A stretch of DNA of 64,000 nt from an uncultured Gammaproteobacteria bacterium (GCA_963819545.1 CAWFWJ010000005.1:133905-197904); one strand, 5' to 3'. Counted from the first letter of the stretch, positions 20,077-31,304 are shown. Made by a program: numbers and translations. Notes: generated by a model not told the origin, from the letters alone.

Positions 20077-21303
20077 ATGAAAAGGATCCTGCTGGCTTGC
20101 GGCGTGACTGCCGCGTCGCTGCTCGCGGCCGGGCCCTCGTGGGCTGCCGACGTGCAGTCTGTTCCCGCCATCGACCTGCAGGTCGAGCAGAACGACAATT
20201 TTCGTCTCGATCCGGACAGCGCCAACACGTCGAGCACGACCGGATACATCGCCGATGCCGTATGGCTGCTCAATGTGGCCACTCCGCGTGGCGAGACCTT
20301 GATTCGACCCCGAGTGAGGCTCCAGAAATATCCCGACGACGACGCTATCGAAAGAATCGAAGCATTCTTCGATCTCGACTCCATTTACCGCTGGGAGCGC
20401 AGTTCGTTCCAGCTGAACGCGGGGTACTCGAGCCGCGATGTTTACAACACCGAGACGCTCGGCGGAGAGTTCGACCCGGACGATCCGGACAGCCCGGACA
20501 ACCCGGAGTCGGGTACGGTCACGACGGGCGAGACGCGCCAGCTCTTGCTGGTACGGCCGACGTTCGAGCACCAGCTGACGGAGCGCACGAGCCTGGGCGT
20601 CAGCGCGGAATACCAGATCGCCGAATACAGCTCCGACGACGTCGTCACGAAGTCCGACTATGACTACGGGCGCTTCGGTGCATACCTGAGCTGGCGATTG
20701 AATCCGCGCGCCGACATTTCGACGGGGGCCTATGCATCGAGTTTTGAGACCGACGACGGATCTCGAGAAGGTGGACGCAGTCGGAGCCGAGCTCGGCTAC
20801 GGCTACCGCTGGTCCGAAACCGACGGAATCGAGGCGTCGGTGTTCTATGAGCAGAACGACATCACGGAGGAGTCGATCTTCGGCACAATCCAGGAAAACA
20901 CCTCAGATGTCGGTGGAAGCCTGACGGCTTACCGCAAACTCGAGGTGAGCAGCTGGCGCCTGTCGGTCGGCAGGCAGTTTGCCCCGACCGGCGACCGCGG
21001 CAAGTCGACGATCGACCAAATCCGCCTGCAATACGACCGCGACCTGAGCCAGCGCCTGAAATTTCGCGGCGCCGCCCGCTACGAGTCGCGCAGCGGTATC
21101 TCGGACACGCACGCACCAGCGGCAGCGATGCGCGCGATTACGCGCGCCTCGACCTCGGGCTTAAGTGGTACTTGACGCAGACGTGGTACCTGGGCGGCGG
21201 CTACGCCTACATCTGGCAGGACCGGGAGGCAGATCCCTCCGACGCGGCCAATAACAAGTTCTTCATCAATTTCGGATACCAGGGCCTCAACCGGAAACAG
21301 TGA
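20077..21303 (+). pseudogene. outer-membrane beta-barrel protein of EPS export loci (EpsL/TIGR03016-like), frameshifted
   Basis: Signal peptide MKRILLACGVTAASLLAAGPSWA. Alternating beta-strand-like repeats. C-terminal WYLGGGYAYIWQDREADPSDAANNKFFINFGYQ. TGA 21301-21303. Confidence 0.55.
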
Positions 21304-21316
21304 TGCGGCTTCAGCG

Positions 21317-21899
21317 ATGAAAGGAATGCGGATGACTGGCATGTTGCGCGATGCATTCTTGACCGGCCTCCTGGCCCTGTTCGTCGCGTTCTGCGCGCAT
21401 GCGCAGGGCGCCGACAGCGACTATCGCCTGCATGCGGGCGACAGCATCACGGTGTCGGTCTGGAAGGAACTTGACCTTCAGCGGAAGGTCATGATCCGCC
21501 CTGACGGCCGATTTTCATTTCCGCTGGCCGGCGAGGTCCAGGCCGCGGGCCGCACCGCCGACGAAGTGCGCGTCGACATCGAGGGCAAGCTCAAGAAATA
21601 CATCCCGGAGGCCGTTGTCACGGTCATCGTCGAGGACTTTTGCCGGCAACCGCGTGTACGTGATCGGGCAGGTGAACAAGCCGGGCATGTTCGTCATGAA
21701 TCCGTAGCTGACCGTGCTGCAGGCGCTGAGCCTCGCCGGCGGATCGACGCCGTTCGCAAAGCTCGACAACATCAGCGTCATCCGCGGCTCCGGCGCGGCG
21801 CAGAAGACGCTGCCGTTCCGTTACGACCAGGTGGTGGAAGGCAAGTCGCTGCAGCAGAACATCGCGCTTGAGAGCGGCGACGTCGTCGTCGTGCCCTAG
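21317..21899 (+). pseudogene. polysaccharide export protein (Wza/OPX family, short form); one frameshift and one in-frame TAG
   Basis: YRLHAGDSITVSVWKELDLQRKVMIRPDGRFSFPLAGEVQAAGRTADEV. AGNRVYVIGQVNKPGMFVMNP*LTVLQALSLAGG. Extra T in TTTT 21638-21641. TAG 21705-21707. Confidence 0.75.
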
Positions 21900-21914
21900 A
21901 GGTTAGGAACGCAC

Positions 21915-22787
21915 ATGACGATCGAAGACGCAATCCGGCGCGCCAAGATCCTCGGCCAGGCCCGGCTGCAGCAGGATGCAGGACGACGGACAGCCACAGA
22001 GCCGCGAGTCGCAGCCGGCCGAGGCAGCGCGCATCCGCGCGCGCACCGCGCGAGCCCGGCCATGCGATTCGATCCGCTGCAAAAGGTCGAAATCTCGGCG
22101 GAGGCCTGCGAGCAGAATCGCGTGCTGCTCTCGGACAGCCAGCTTCGCGAATTTCCGGCGGCGGATGCCGCCTACCGCTTGCTGCGCAGCCGGCTGCAGA
22201 ATCGGCTCAAGCGCAACAACTGGTTTTCGCTCGCGATCGCGAGCCCGAGCCAGGGCGACGGCAAGACGATCACGGCATTCAATCTTGCGATCAGCATCGC
22301 GCGCGAGAAGCAGAAGCCCGTCTATCTGCTCGACCTCGACATGCGCAATCCGAGCGTCTGCCGAGTTCCTCGGCATTCGCGACATCCGGCCGCTTGCCGG
22401 ATTATTTCCTGGGCCACGCAAAGCCTGAAGAAGTACTCTTCCAGACATCGTTTCCGAACCTGATCGTTGCGGGCGCCTTGGCGCCGACGGAGAGCGCATC
22501 GGAAATGCTCGCGGGACCGCGATTCAGCGACCTGCTCGCGCACATCCGCCTGCGTTCGCCGGACGCCTTCGTGCTGGTGGACCTGCCGCCGGTCAACGAT
22601 GACCGACGAGGCCTTGCTGGTCGGGCCGCGCGTGGACGCGTTCCTGGTGGTCGTGTCGGAAGGCAAGACGGAGCGCAAGAACCTCGCGCAGACGCTCAGT
22701 ACGCTGGGCGAGTTCACGGTCGCCGGCGTCGTGATCAATCGGTCGAGCGAAAGCCACACGATCGGCTACGAGCAGTATTCGGCGTAA
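21915..22787 (+). pseudogene. BY-kinase-type P-loop ATPase (EPS tyrosine autokinase, cytoplasmic module only), frameshifted
   Basis: Walker A SPSQGDGKT, A' VYLLDLDMRNP, Walker B FVLVDLPPV. C-terminus GYEQYSA. No transmembrane Wzz part. Confidence 0.7.
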
Positions 22788-22810
22788 CTCACGCGCGTCG
22801 CGGTGCGCTG

Positions 22811-23991
22811 ATGGCGATGCTTCTGCCGGCCGGAACGACGACTGATCCGGCACGAGCTCGCCGACGGTCGTCGATCTACACGCACTCGCTGCTCGAGCGG
22901 TCCATGACATTCATCCTGAGCCATGCCGAGGCGCTCACGCGCTACGGCCGGTATATGCCGGGCGCGCACCGAGTCGACGGGCTCTCGACTGCCCGAGGAT
23001 CGGGTCGTCACGGCGAACGACGGCGGCTGTCCGGGCCTGCGACGGAGTTCCTGTTCCGGCGATTCGGCATGGCGCGGCCGCTTGCCGGACGATCTGCAGT
23101 CGTTTCGAGCCGTCACTGGTGCATGCGCACTTCGGGCTAATCCGGCCCTGCCGCGCTGACCCTGGCCGAGGCGCTCGGAGTCCCGCTCGTCGTCACCTAC
23201 CATGGCCAGGATGCGACGATCACGCGACGAGGAGGCACGTCGGAGCTGGCGTGGCCGCGAATATCTGCGCGGCAGGCGCCGCGTCATGCAGACGGGCGGC
23301 CTCATCATCGCGGTGTCCGACTTCATCCGCGGCAGGCTGCTCGCGAAGGGATATCCGGCAGACAAGGTCGTCACGCATCGCAACGGAATCGACCTCGGCT
23401 TCTTCCGGCGCAGCGCGCCAGGCGCGTGAGCCGGTCGTGGTGTTCGTCGGCCGATTCGTCGAAAAGAAGGGCTGCGAATACCTGATCCGCGCGCTCGGGC
23501 AACTGCGTGAGCGAGGGCGCGCCGGTCCGCGGCGTGCTTGTCGGCGACGGTCCGCTGCGACCCGCGCTCGAGCGACTCGCCGGTGAAGTCGGGCGCCGAC
23601 GTCGAATTCACCGGGTTCCTGCCGCTGGCCGAAGTCAGGGATTGGCTCGGACGGGCACAGTCGTCGGCCGTGCCGAGCGTCACGGCCGCGAACGGCAACA
23701 GCGAGGGCTTGCCGACAGTCATCCTCGAGGCGCAGGCCATGGGTACGCCCGTCGTCGCGACGCGTCATGCCGGGAACGCCGAAGGCGTAGTCGAAGGCCG
23801 ATCGGCGCTCGCTGGTCGATGAGCGGGATGTCGAGGCCTGGCGCAGGCAATCCGCTTCTTTCTCGACGATCCCGCAGCGGTCGAGTCATTCGGCGCTGCC
23901 GGCCGCGCGTTCGTCGAGTCCAATTCGATATCGTGACGCAGGCGCAGGGCCTCGAACGATCTCTACGATCGCGTGCGGGGGCGAGCGCTCG
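22811..23991 (+). pseudogene. family 4 (GT-B) glycosyltransferase, frameshifted
   Basis: VVFVGRFVEKKGCEYLIRAL, DVEFTGFLPLAEVRDWLGRAQ, SEGLPTVILEAQAMGTPVVATRHAGNAEGV over at least 4 frames. Ends approximate. Confidence 0.65.
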
Positions 23992-24000
23992 TGACCCGCG

Positions 24001-24980
24001 ATGAGACTGATTGCAGGTTCCGGCCGAAGCGGCACGACCTGGGTGCAGGATGCCCTTGCGGCCGCCAACCGGCTGCGCCCAGTTTTCGAGCCGCTGCATC
24101 CCTATGTGTCGGAGATCGGCGATCGCTACGCGCATCGCGCGATTGCGCCGGACGAGATCATCCGGAACTTAGAGAGTTTCCTCATCGACGTGTGTGCCGG
24201 GCGCGGCCCACGGTTGTGGACCAGTATCGGCAACAGGCAGCGCTGGCTTGTTCCGCCGCCGGCGGAATTCTCGGACCAAACAGGATGCCGGGCGGGTCTA
24301 GGCGGCATTGGGCCAAGTTCCTGAGGGAGATGCCGCAGCATGACCTTGCGGCTGGCCGGCGACGGAGCCGCTCGTCAAGTGCATTCGCGCCAACCTGATG
24401 CTTCCCTGGATTGCGCGGCATTCGAATGCCGGGTTGTGCTCATCGTTCGCCATCCCGGGGCAGTGATCGAATCGGAGCTGCGGAAGGTTGGAACGCGGAA
24501 TTTGCGCTCGAACGGTTCCGGAACGATGCGAGACTGCATGAACTGACGAACGGTCGGTACCCGCTTCTGACAGGCAATTGAGTCACGTCGAGGCGCTAGC
24601 CGCCCGGTGGGTCATAGAGAACCAGTGGGTTGTCGAATCGACAAATACCCAGTGGCATTAAGATCGCGTATTACGAAAGACTCAGGTCATCGGATAGCAG
24701 CGAATGGGCGCGTCTGTGCTCCGCATTGGACCTTTCCACCGTGCCGAAAATCGATTTGCTGACACGGCCGTCCCAACAGAGCGGCGCAGGGAGGATTTCC
24801 ACTTCGATCGAGCAGTCCAAGACTCCAAGATGGATGAGTGCCTTGACTGCGGAGCAGACCGATCAGGTGCGCGGAATCCTGGAGGCCGCCGAGTTCGGTA
24901 CATACGTGCTGCATGAGCCGTTTCCCCGGGAGTCGACACAGGTCGAAGGAGAGTGTGGCTTTTCAGTGGCAAACCGATGA
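24001..24980 (+). pseudogene. sulfotransferase (ST-3), frameshifted
   Basis: MRLIAGSGRSGTTWVQDAL (5'-PSB), VVLIVRHPGAVIESEL (3'-PB). C-terminal part in 24630..24980. The stop overlaps the next ATG (ATGA at 24977). Confidence 0.65.
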
Positions 24981-26379
24981 ACTCTTCGGATATCTGGCTC
25001 CTTGCCGTCGGGCTACTGGCAGTTGTTTTCATGATGGTCGTGACGGCAAGCGCACGGCGCGCCGTAGCCATTGGAGTGCTGATCGCGCTCATACCGTTTC
25101 AGGTCGTGGAGACGCGCTATGCGTCTTCAAGCGTACTTATGGCGTATGCGATGGCTGGAACGATGATAGTCATGGGCGACTTTAAAGTTCGAATGTTGCC
25201 CGCGATCGGTCTCGGTACTTCTGGCCTATGTAATGAGTCTCGTTCAAGCCGACGGGTATCGGTCCTTCCACATAATCGAAATGTTCCAATTCTTCTCGTG
25301 CTTTGTCGTGTTTCTGCTCGCCTATAACTTTGCGCGGCTCGTTGATACAGAACAGTCGGTGATGAACCTCCTCGTTGCCATGAATATATTGGTCGCCATC
25401 TACTGTCTGCTGCAGCTCGTGGCCGGCGCCGGCAAGGCTTTCGTGCCTTTCGGCATCGACGTTCTGGCCTTCAACAGCAATCGCGACCCAAGCGATCCAC
25501 GGCTTGTCGGTCCGTTCGACAATCCTGGGACAACTGCGGGTTATTTCACGCTGATGTCGATGTTGTGTGCCGTCGAGCTGATGTTCGTATCTAACGGACG
25601 GCGGAAGGTGATCCAGGGTCTCATCCTGGCCAACGTAGCCGGAATCGTCGCAACGGGGAATCGTGCTTCGTTCCTCGTACTCTTGGCGGCTTTCCCCACG
25701 ATGCTGTTCGTATTCCGCAGGGAGCTGGGCGCACGACGATTTATAAAGTACCTTGTAGGAGGGGTCGCGGCGCTGGTGATCGGCTCGGCGACAATCGGCG
25801 CCTACAGCGGTTTCGGCAACATGTACAGGCGACTGACCCAAGTGACCGAGACCGAAAATGGCATGCCGATGAACCGAGCCGGCACTTGGACCGTAGCGCT
25901 TGAAAAGATCGAGCGCCACCCCTGGTTCGGAGATGGGCCGCATTTTTTTCGAGTGGAAGATGCCTTCATGTTGCGAATCATGGACGTCAAATTCGCGGAC
26001 CTCAGTGATGTCGAGTCCGTTTACGATCCGTACCCACACAGCTTGTACTTGTTTCTCCTGCGGACGGTCGGGATCGTGGGCCTCGTTGCCGTACTCTCTT
26101 TCTTTGCCTGGGTCGCGCTTGAACTTCGTCGACTCTAAGGCGCGAGAACGTCGACGCGCACGAAAGGGCAATCGTAAAGGCCGGTGTCATCGTAATTGGT
26201 GCTTTTCTCGTGACGCAGATAACGCTGGAGTTCAACCGGACCGGCACAATTGATTATGGGCAGTTCATATTGGCGCTGATGGGGCTCTTCGTAGGCATTG
26301 GCGATCGCTCGCCAGAGCAGCAGGGTTTCCACGAGGTGGCCACGCGGATGGCAGGGCGAAGCGGCGATCTGAAGCGCTA
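24977..26379 (+). pseudogene. O-antigen ligase/polymerase (Wzy-like) membrane protein, two frameshifts
   Basis: Multi-TM. ATGNRASFLVLLAAF, RHPWFGDGP, PYPHSLYLFLLRTVGIVG. Final TM segment VIVIGAFLVTQITLEF...FILALMGLFVGIG lies in a third frame ending at 26379. Confidence 0.7.
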
Positions 26380-26599
26380 AGAACTCGCAGCCCCTCAACC
26401 CGTCGCAATATGGCGACGTCTGATGTATGCGAAAGTGGTCACACTTTTGCATTGTTCCCGCTTGCGGTGCCACATTCAGAAGGTCATTCAGGCCTATAAG
26501 CGAGTATATTTTTCAGCCTGACAGGAACCCTGGACTTTGTGGTCTAGCCGCGCAGCAATTGGCCATTTGTGGTCGTAACGCTTCCCTGGGGTAGTTTTA

Positions 26600-28078
26600 A
26601 TGAATTCTAGAATCTACTTTTCGCGTTTGGCCGTAAGTTTTCGCGTCGCGTGTACCGTTGCCTTCTTGATGTTGGCCACAGCGCCGAGAGCAGATGCCGC
26701 GAATTACATGGTTTCACCAAGTACGTCCACCATCGACTGCAAATCGTTAGGTGGGGGAGTGCGACCCGGCGACACGATTGTTCTGACAGGCAAGAGCAGG
26801 AACTCAATTAAGTTCCAAGACTGCAAGGGAACGGCAGCGAATCCAATCGCAATCCGAAACGACAACGCGGAGTCTGGCCCGCTGCTCATCAATCAAACTG
26901 GCGATGGATTTGGTTCGCAATGCGTCAATTGCGAACATGTAGTCATTGACGGTACCGGTAAGTGGGCTGGTGCACCGTCTGGAGACTGTGGCGCATCAAT
27001 CTCGAGTAGCGGCGAATGGAAGTTGGGCACGAACCAGTGCGGTATCGTGTTCCATTGCGTAAGCGGCAGCCCTCAGAGTGGAATGCGTCTGTCTGGTTCG
27101 AGCAAGCATGTAACCGTCAAAGGTGTCGAAATCGATGGCAACGTACCCACATGCAAATGGGGCATTGGACTCAGCGTTAACGATCACCAGTACACGGCGG
27201 CCTCCAACGAGTGGAGAGAGGGAATCCTCCTTGCAAACAACTATATTCATGATACGGGCCGGTCAGGAATCTACTTTGGGCCAAATCAGACACTTGTAAG
27301 CAAGGGCGACCTTCAGCTTAGGGACAACGAGATCGCGAACAATTATGTAAACGAAACGGGTTGTGACGGGATCAAGTACAAGAGTGTCATCGCTGGTGCG
27401 AGCAGCATTCACCACAATTACGTTACCAACACGGGCCAATCAAGCGGCGACAACGAGGACGGCTGCGGCGCAAACGGCATCTCACTTTTCGAGGCCGGAT
27501 TTACCGACATCTTCGCCAATTACGTTGAAAGTCCGGCCCCTGTTGCGACTGGACCGGGCAATTGCATTGCTCAATCGACTGCTTATTTGTCAGTCAACCA
27601 AGTCGCGACACTGCCGGTTCGGATTTACAACAACGTTGTCAACAACTGCAAAGGCAAAGGCATCTCTTCTACGCGCAAAGGCCTCGAGAATCCCGCGCCT
27701 ATACCGACCATCTATAACAATACGGTCGTGGGTCCGGTCGGGAGTAGCGGGGTCAGCGTCAATTCCATGGTGAAGTCTTGTACCGTTAGGAGCAACATTG
27801 TTTCCGGACTGAAGATTATCGCGGCGCAGTGCGCGACGTCGCAAAATCTCGTGGACCCGGTCAACGCGCAAGCGTTCTTGGATGCTAGGGGTAAGGACTT
27901 CCGGCTGACCGCCCAGAGTCTGGCGATCGACGATGGCGGGAATCAATGCCCTCCGGTTGACCAAGCCGGCAATGACCGACCGCAGGGCGGCGCATGTGAT
28001 GCGGGAGCGTTCGAGTTCATTTCAGGTCAGGCGGCGAGTTCCAAGCCCAATCCGCCCGACCAGGTAGCCATAGAGTAG
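26600..28078 (+). CDS. secreted right-handed parallel beta-helix repeat protein
   Basis: Intact 492-aa ORF. Signal peptide ending APRADA. Repeated N-x-I/V-x-N/D turns (NNYIHDTG, NNYVNETG, HHNYVTNTG, IYNNVVNNC, IYNNTVVG). C-terminal GACDAGAFEF. Confidence 0.75.
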   Translation: MNSRIYFSRLAVSFRVACTVAFLMLATAPRADAANYMVSPSTSTIDCKSLGGGVRPGDTIVLTGKSRNSIKFQDCKGTAANPIAIRNDNAESGPLLINQTGDGFGSQCVNCEHVVIDGTGKWAGAPSGDCGASISSSGEWKLGTNQCGIVFHCVSGSPQSGMRLSGSSKHVTVKGVEIDGNVPTCKWGIGLSVNDHQYTAASNEWREGILLANNYIHDTGRSGIYFGPNQTLVSKGDLQLRDNEIANNYVNETGCDGIKYKSVIAGASSIHHNYVTNTGQSSGDNEDGCGANGISLFEAGFTDIFANYVESPAPVATGPGNCIAQSTAYLSVNQVATLPVRIYNNVVNNCKGKGISSTRKGLENPAPIPTIYNNTVVGPVGSSGVSVNSMVKSCTVRSNIVSGLKIIAAQCATSQNLVDPVNAQAFLDARGKDFRLTAQSLAIDDGGNQCPPVDQAGNDRPQGGACDAGAFEFISGQAASSKPNPPDQVAIE

Positions 28079-28247
28079 GCGCTTGGACGTCGGGTCCGTG
28101 TGCGCAGCTCGAGCGCACGACTCGCCAGGTCGCTTCGACTCTTGAAGATGCTGAATACCTCGCCGCAATGGTGCGGCGAGGCCTTCCGCTCGGTTCCTGT
28201 ACGATAGCTCTAATTCAACCTGGCGGCAGTCATGCCGAAATAGTAGC

Positions 28248-30125
28248 TTGCCCGGAATATTTGGCCTCGCCGCGCCTGGTGCTCTCACTTCGCAATTCCG
28301 CGAAGTGATACGCGAGGCGCACGCAGTCCCTGGACTGGAATTTATTGAGGCAGCGCATGAGTCCAACGAATGCGTTCTCGTTTCCTTCTCCAGAAAATCG
28401 GCGTTGCCCTCTCTGCCGGCGATTGCACACGATGCTCGCACCCGCACAGTTCTTCTGCTGGAAGGGGAGATCTACAACGGCAAGGAGATCTGCGAGCGGC
28501 ATCTGACATCCGGTACCGGCCTGGTCGATGCCCTCTTGCAGGCTTATCAATCCATCGGCCAAGAGTTCGTCACGGCTCTCGACGGTGAGTTCAACATAGT
28601 CGTTTTTGAACCCGTTCGAACGCGCGTTAACGTATTCAGCGATCACGTGGGCAGTTGTCCATTTTACTACTGGCACGCGGGCAATGAATTCCTGTTTGGG
28701 TCCGAGAAGAAATGCCTGCTCGCGGCCTCAAGACGTGTCCCGATTCTCGATCCTGTCGGCTTACTGCAGCCATTCGCTCATCAGCACAATCTGGACGAGA
28801 GAACGCTGGTCCAGGGCCTACATCGTCTGAAGCCATCGACCCGCTTGACGTATGAAGCGGGTCGTTTGGCGCAGTCAGAGCATGGTCACGGCTTCGGCGG
28901 GACACCCGCTCGGGGCAGTTCACGGGAGTTGCTCGAGAATTGGAGTGCATTGCTGAAAGCGGCAACGGCGAAGCGCCTCAGCGGAAAAACAAAATTGCTG
29001 ATCAGTCTCAGTGCAGGTCTTGATAGCCGCGCGATTGCTTGCGCAATTGATCGGGGCGAGCGACCCATTCACGCCCGGACATGGGGGCACGCTAATTCGT
29101 TCGAAGTACGCTTTGCGGCGGAAATCGCGCGTGCGCTGAACTTCGAGCACCATGTGGAAAATCCGTTCAAGTTCGAATTCTCAGATGTTGTGAAGCGAAT
29201 CGTTTGGCGAACTGACGGAGAAACAGATTTCAGGAACGGCCTGTCGATGTTTACGCATGACAAGATGAGGCCTTTGGCGGATGACGTGATTGGCGGATGG
29301 CTCGGTGACATTTCATCGGGTTCGCATCTTCGACCTTTCATGTTCGTGCCGACACAACGCGGTAGGTTCATCGGAAAGGTTTATCGCTGGTACATACAAC
29401 ATGGCCCGGGAGACCTGAGGCAGGTATTTGCCGATGGCTTCCTTGATGAGCAATGGCCAGAAGTTCAGCATGCTTTTGCTCAATCATACGAGCCGTTCAA
29501 GGCATTTTCGAATCCGACGGCACATGAGATGTGGGATCTGCGCAACCGGCAAACCCGTATGACCGTCAGTTCGATGCCGGTCGACAGCCATCTCTTCGGC
29601 AAGGTGCGCCCCTTCTTCGACAAGGCTTATCTCGAGTTCGTATCCGCCATTCCACTCAAGTGGCGGGTCGGGCAAAGTCTCTACAAATCGCTGATCAGTT
29701 CAATGGGGCCGGAAATTCGGTCAATCCCGAATGGCAACACCAGCGTTCGCAACTATCAATCGCCCTTCATGAATCTCCTCGGGTATGGACGAACGATCGG
29801 CGACAAGGTCTTCGCGAAGGTTGCAAAACGCATTCCCTGCAAGAGAAATGGTTCATCGAGGGATCGCGCTACCGCGGAGCTTGCAAAGCACCAGCGGCGG
29901 GATGTGGGCTTGCGGAGGATCGTAGAGGAGTTTGTAGAATCCAGATACTTCGATGGCGCCATCTTCAACCGAAAAGGAATTCTCGAGATGCTCGAGCGCC
30001 ACTACGATGGGGCTATCAATCGATTGGAGCTTATATCGATCTTGGCGACGTACGCGGTGGCGCTCCAGTACTTTGTCTATGAAAGACATGCGTCGTGCCC
30101 GCAGGAGGCTCGGCCGATCCTCTAG
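28248..30125 (+). CDS. asparagine synthetase B-like amidotransferase homologue (no N-terminal Cys)
   Basis: Intact 625-aa ORF starting at TTG. N-terminus (M)PGIFG instead of MCGI. PP-loop SLSAGLDSRAIA. Long synthetase-like C-terminal domain. Confidence 0.8.
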   Translation: MPGIFGLAAPGALTSQFREVIREAHAVPGLEFIEAAHESNECVLVSFSRKSALPSLPAIAHDARTRTVLLLEGEIYNGKEICERHLTSGTGLVDALLQAYQSIGQEFVTALDGEFNIVVFEPVRTRVNVFSDHVGSCPFYYWHAGNEFLFGSEKKCLLAASRRVPILDPVGLLQPFAHQHNLDERTLVQGLHRLKPSTRLTYEAGRLAQSEHGHGFGGTPARGSSRELLENWSALLKAATAKRLSGKTKLLISLSAGLDSRAIACAIDRGERPIHARTWGHANSFEVRFAAEIARALNFEHHVENPFKFEFSDVVKRIVWRTDGETDFRNGLSMFTHDKMRPLADDVIGGWLGDISSGSHLRPFMFVPTQRGRFIGKVYRWYIQHGPGDLRQVFADGFLDEQWPEVQHAFAQSYEPFKAFSNPTAHEMWDLRNRQTRMTVSSMPVDSHLFGKVRPFFDKAYLEFVSAIPLKWRVGQSLYKSLISSMGPEIRSIPNGNTSVRNYQSPFMNLLGYGRTIGDKVFAKVAKRIPCKRNGSSRDRATAELAKHQRRDVGLRRIVEEFVESRYFDGAIFNRKGILEMLERHYDGAINRLELISILATYAVALQYFVYERHASCPQEARPIL

Positions 30126-30145
30126 AAGAGAGGAGTCCAGCCGCG

Positions 30146-31276
30146 ATGTCTATGCGAGTCATGATGCTCGGTCCATATCCGCCCTCGCTAGCCAGAATCG
30201 ACGGCGGTGTGGCTGCGGCGACCACCTACGTGTCGCAGGCACTGTCAAAGATGCCGGATATGGAGTTGATCGGCGTCAGGGTCGCCGGACCTGCGTCCAC
30301 GCGTGGGGCAATTGAGAACCTGGGATGGCCCGTCGTCGACCTGGAACTGGGTCGTTTTAGCGTCAGCACTTTTTTTCGGCGGCAGCGCAGAGATTTTGAT
30401 GCGCTACTCCGGCAGTACAAGCCCGATCTGGTCCATGCTCAAGGAGCAGACGCATCGGGTTACCTTGCAGTCAGGTCGGGCTGGCCTGCAGTCGTGACGA
30501 TTCACGGCATCCTAAGTGAATGCGCAAGACTTCGGACGAACCTGGTCAAGAGATTGCGCGAATTAGCCCAGGCGCGGCTCACTGAGCACCACGTCGTTGA
30601 GCGGGCGGCGCACATCATCGCCATCAGCCCCTATGTCGCGAACTACTACAGGTCCCGATTGCATGGAGCCATTTACGACGTTCCAAATGCGGTCGCGCCA
30701 CAGTATTTCGAGTTGGAAAGGAAACCAGTAGCGGGACGCCTACTTTTTGCGGGGCGCATTTCGAGGGGCAAGGGGTTGATCGATCTGGTCCATGCGGTTG
30801 CACGCGTATCGGAGATGGTCAGCGAGGTCATCCTGGCCGGGGCTGCGCCGGATCGAGACTTTGCATCGCAGTTGCGAGCCGTGATTGACGACGCCGGGCA
30901 GACCAGCAAGTTTGGCATCATGGGCTTGTTGGACGAGCGATCACTTTTGGATGAGTTTGCCAAGGCATCGGCCCTTGTGCTCCCGTCGTACCAGGAGACG
31001 GCGCCTATGGTCATTCAGCAGGCGATGGCCGCTGGATTGCCAGTCATCGCTACTCGAGTGGGTGGAATTCCCAATCAGATCGATGACGAGGCTTCCGGCA
31101 TGCTCTTCGACGCTGGCAACATCAACCAACTCGCGGACCGGCTAAGGCGCGTACTGACGGATCAGGAACTCTCGCGCCGATTGGCTATGGCCGCGCAAGC
31201 AAGGGCCACCGAATCATTTACCGCAGAAAAAGTGGCATTCGCGACTCGGGCGGCGTACCGGAGAGTTCTCGCCTAA
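30146..31276 (+). CDS. family 4 (GT-B) glycosyltransferase
   Basis: Intact ORF (track 30095..31276). MSMRVMMLGPYPPSLARIDGG, LLFAGRISRGKGLIDL, LPSYQETAPMVIQQAMAAGLPVIATRVGGIPNQIDD. Confidence 0.85.
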   Translation: MSMRVMMLGPYPPSLARIDGGVAAATTYVSQALSKMPDMELIGVRVAGPASTRGAIENLGWPVVDLELGRFSVSTFFRRQRRDFDALLRQYKPDLVHAQGADASGYLAVRSGWPAVVTIHGILSECARLRTNLVKRLRELAQARLTEHHVVERAAHIIAISPYVANYYRSRLHGAIYDVPNAVAPQYFELERKPVAGRLLFAGRISRGKGLIDLVHAVARVSEMVSEVILAGAAPDRDFASQLRAVIDDAGQTSKFGIMGLLDERSLLDEFAKASALVLPSYQETAPMVIQQAMAAGLPVIATRVGGIPNQIDDEASGMLFDAGNINQLADRLRRVLTDQELSRRLAMAAQARATESFTAEKVAFATRAAYRRVLA

Positions 31277-31304
31277 AGGCGGAGCTGCCTGCACATCCGC
31301 GATA

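Noticed and set aside
12888-22787. Exosortase / PEP-CTERM system, suggested by the barrel-Wza-kinase triad
   Set aside because: No multi-TM exosortase-like ORF was found anywhere in the window. None of the exported FN3/Ig-like proteins ends in a PEP-(TM)-basic sorting signal: they end SKTIS, SKRIS and SKTVT.
28158-28181. 9-bp GC-rich hairpin CCTCGCCGC-AATGGT-GCGGCGAGG after the beta-helix gene as an intrinsic terminator
   Set aside because: No U-tract follows (CCTTCCGCTCGG), so I did not list it as a terminator. It could still be a stabilising 3' structure.
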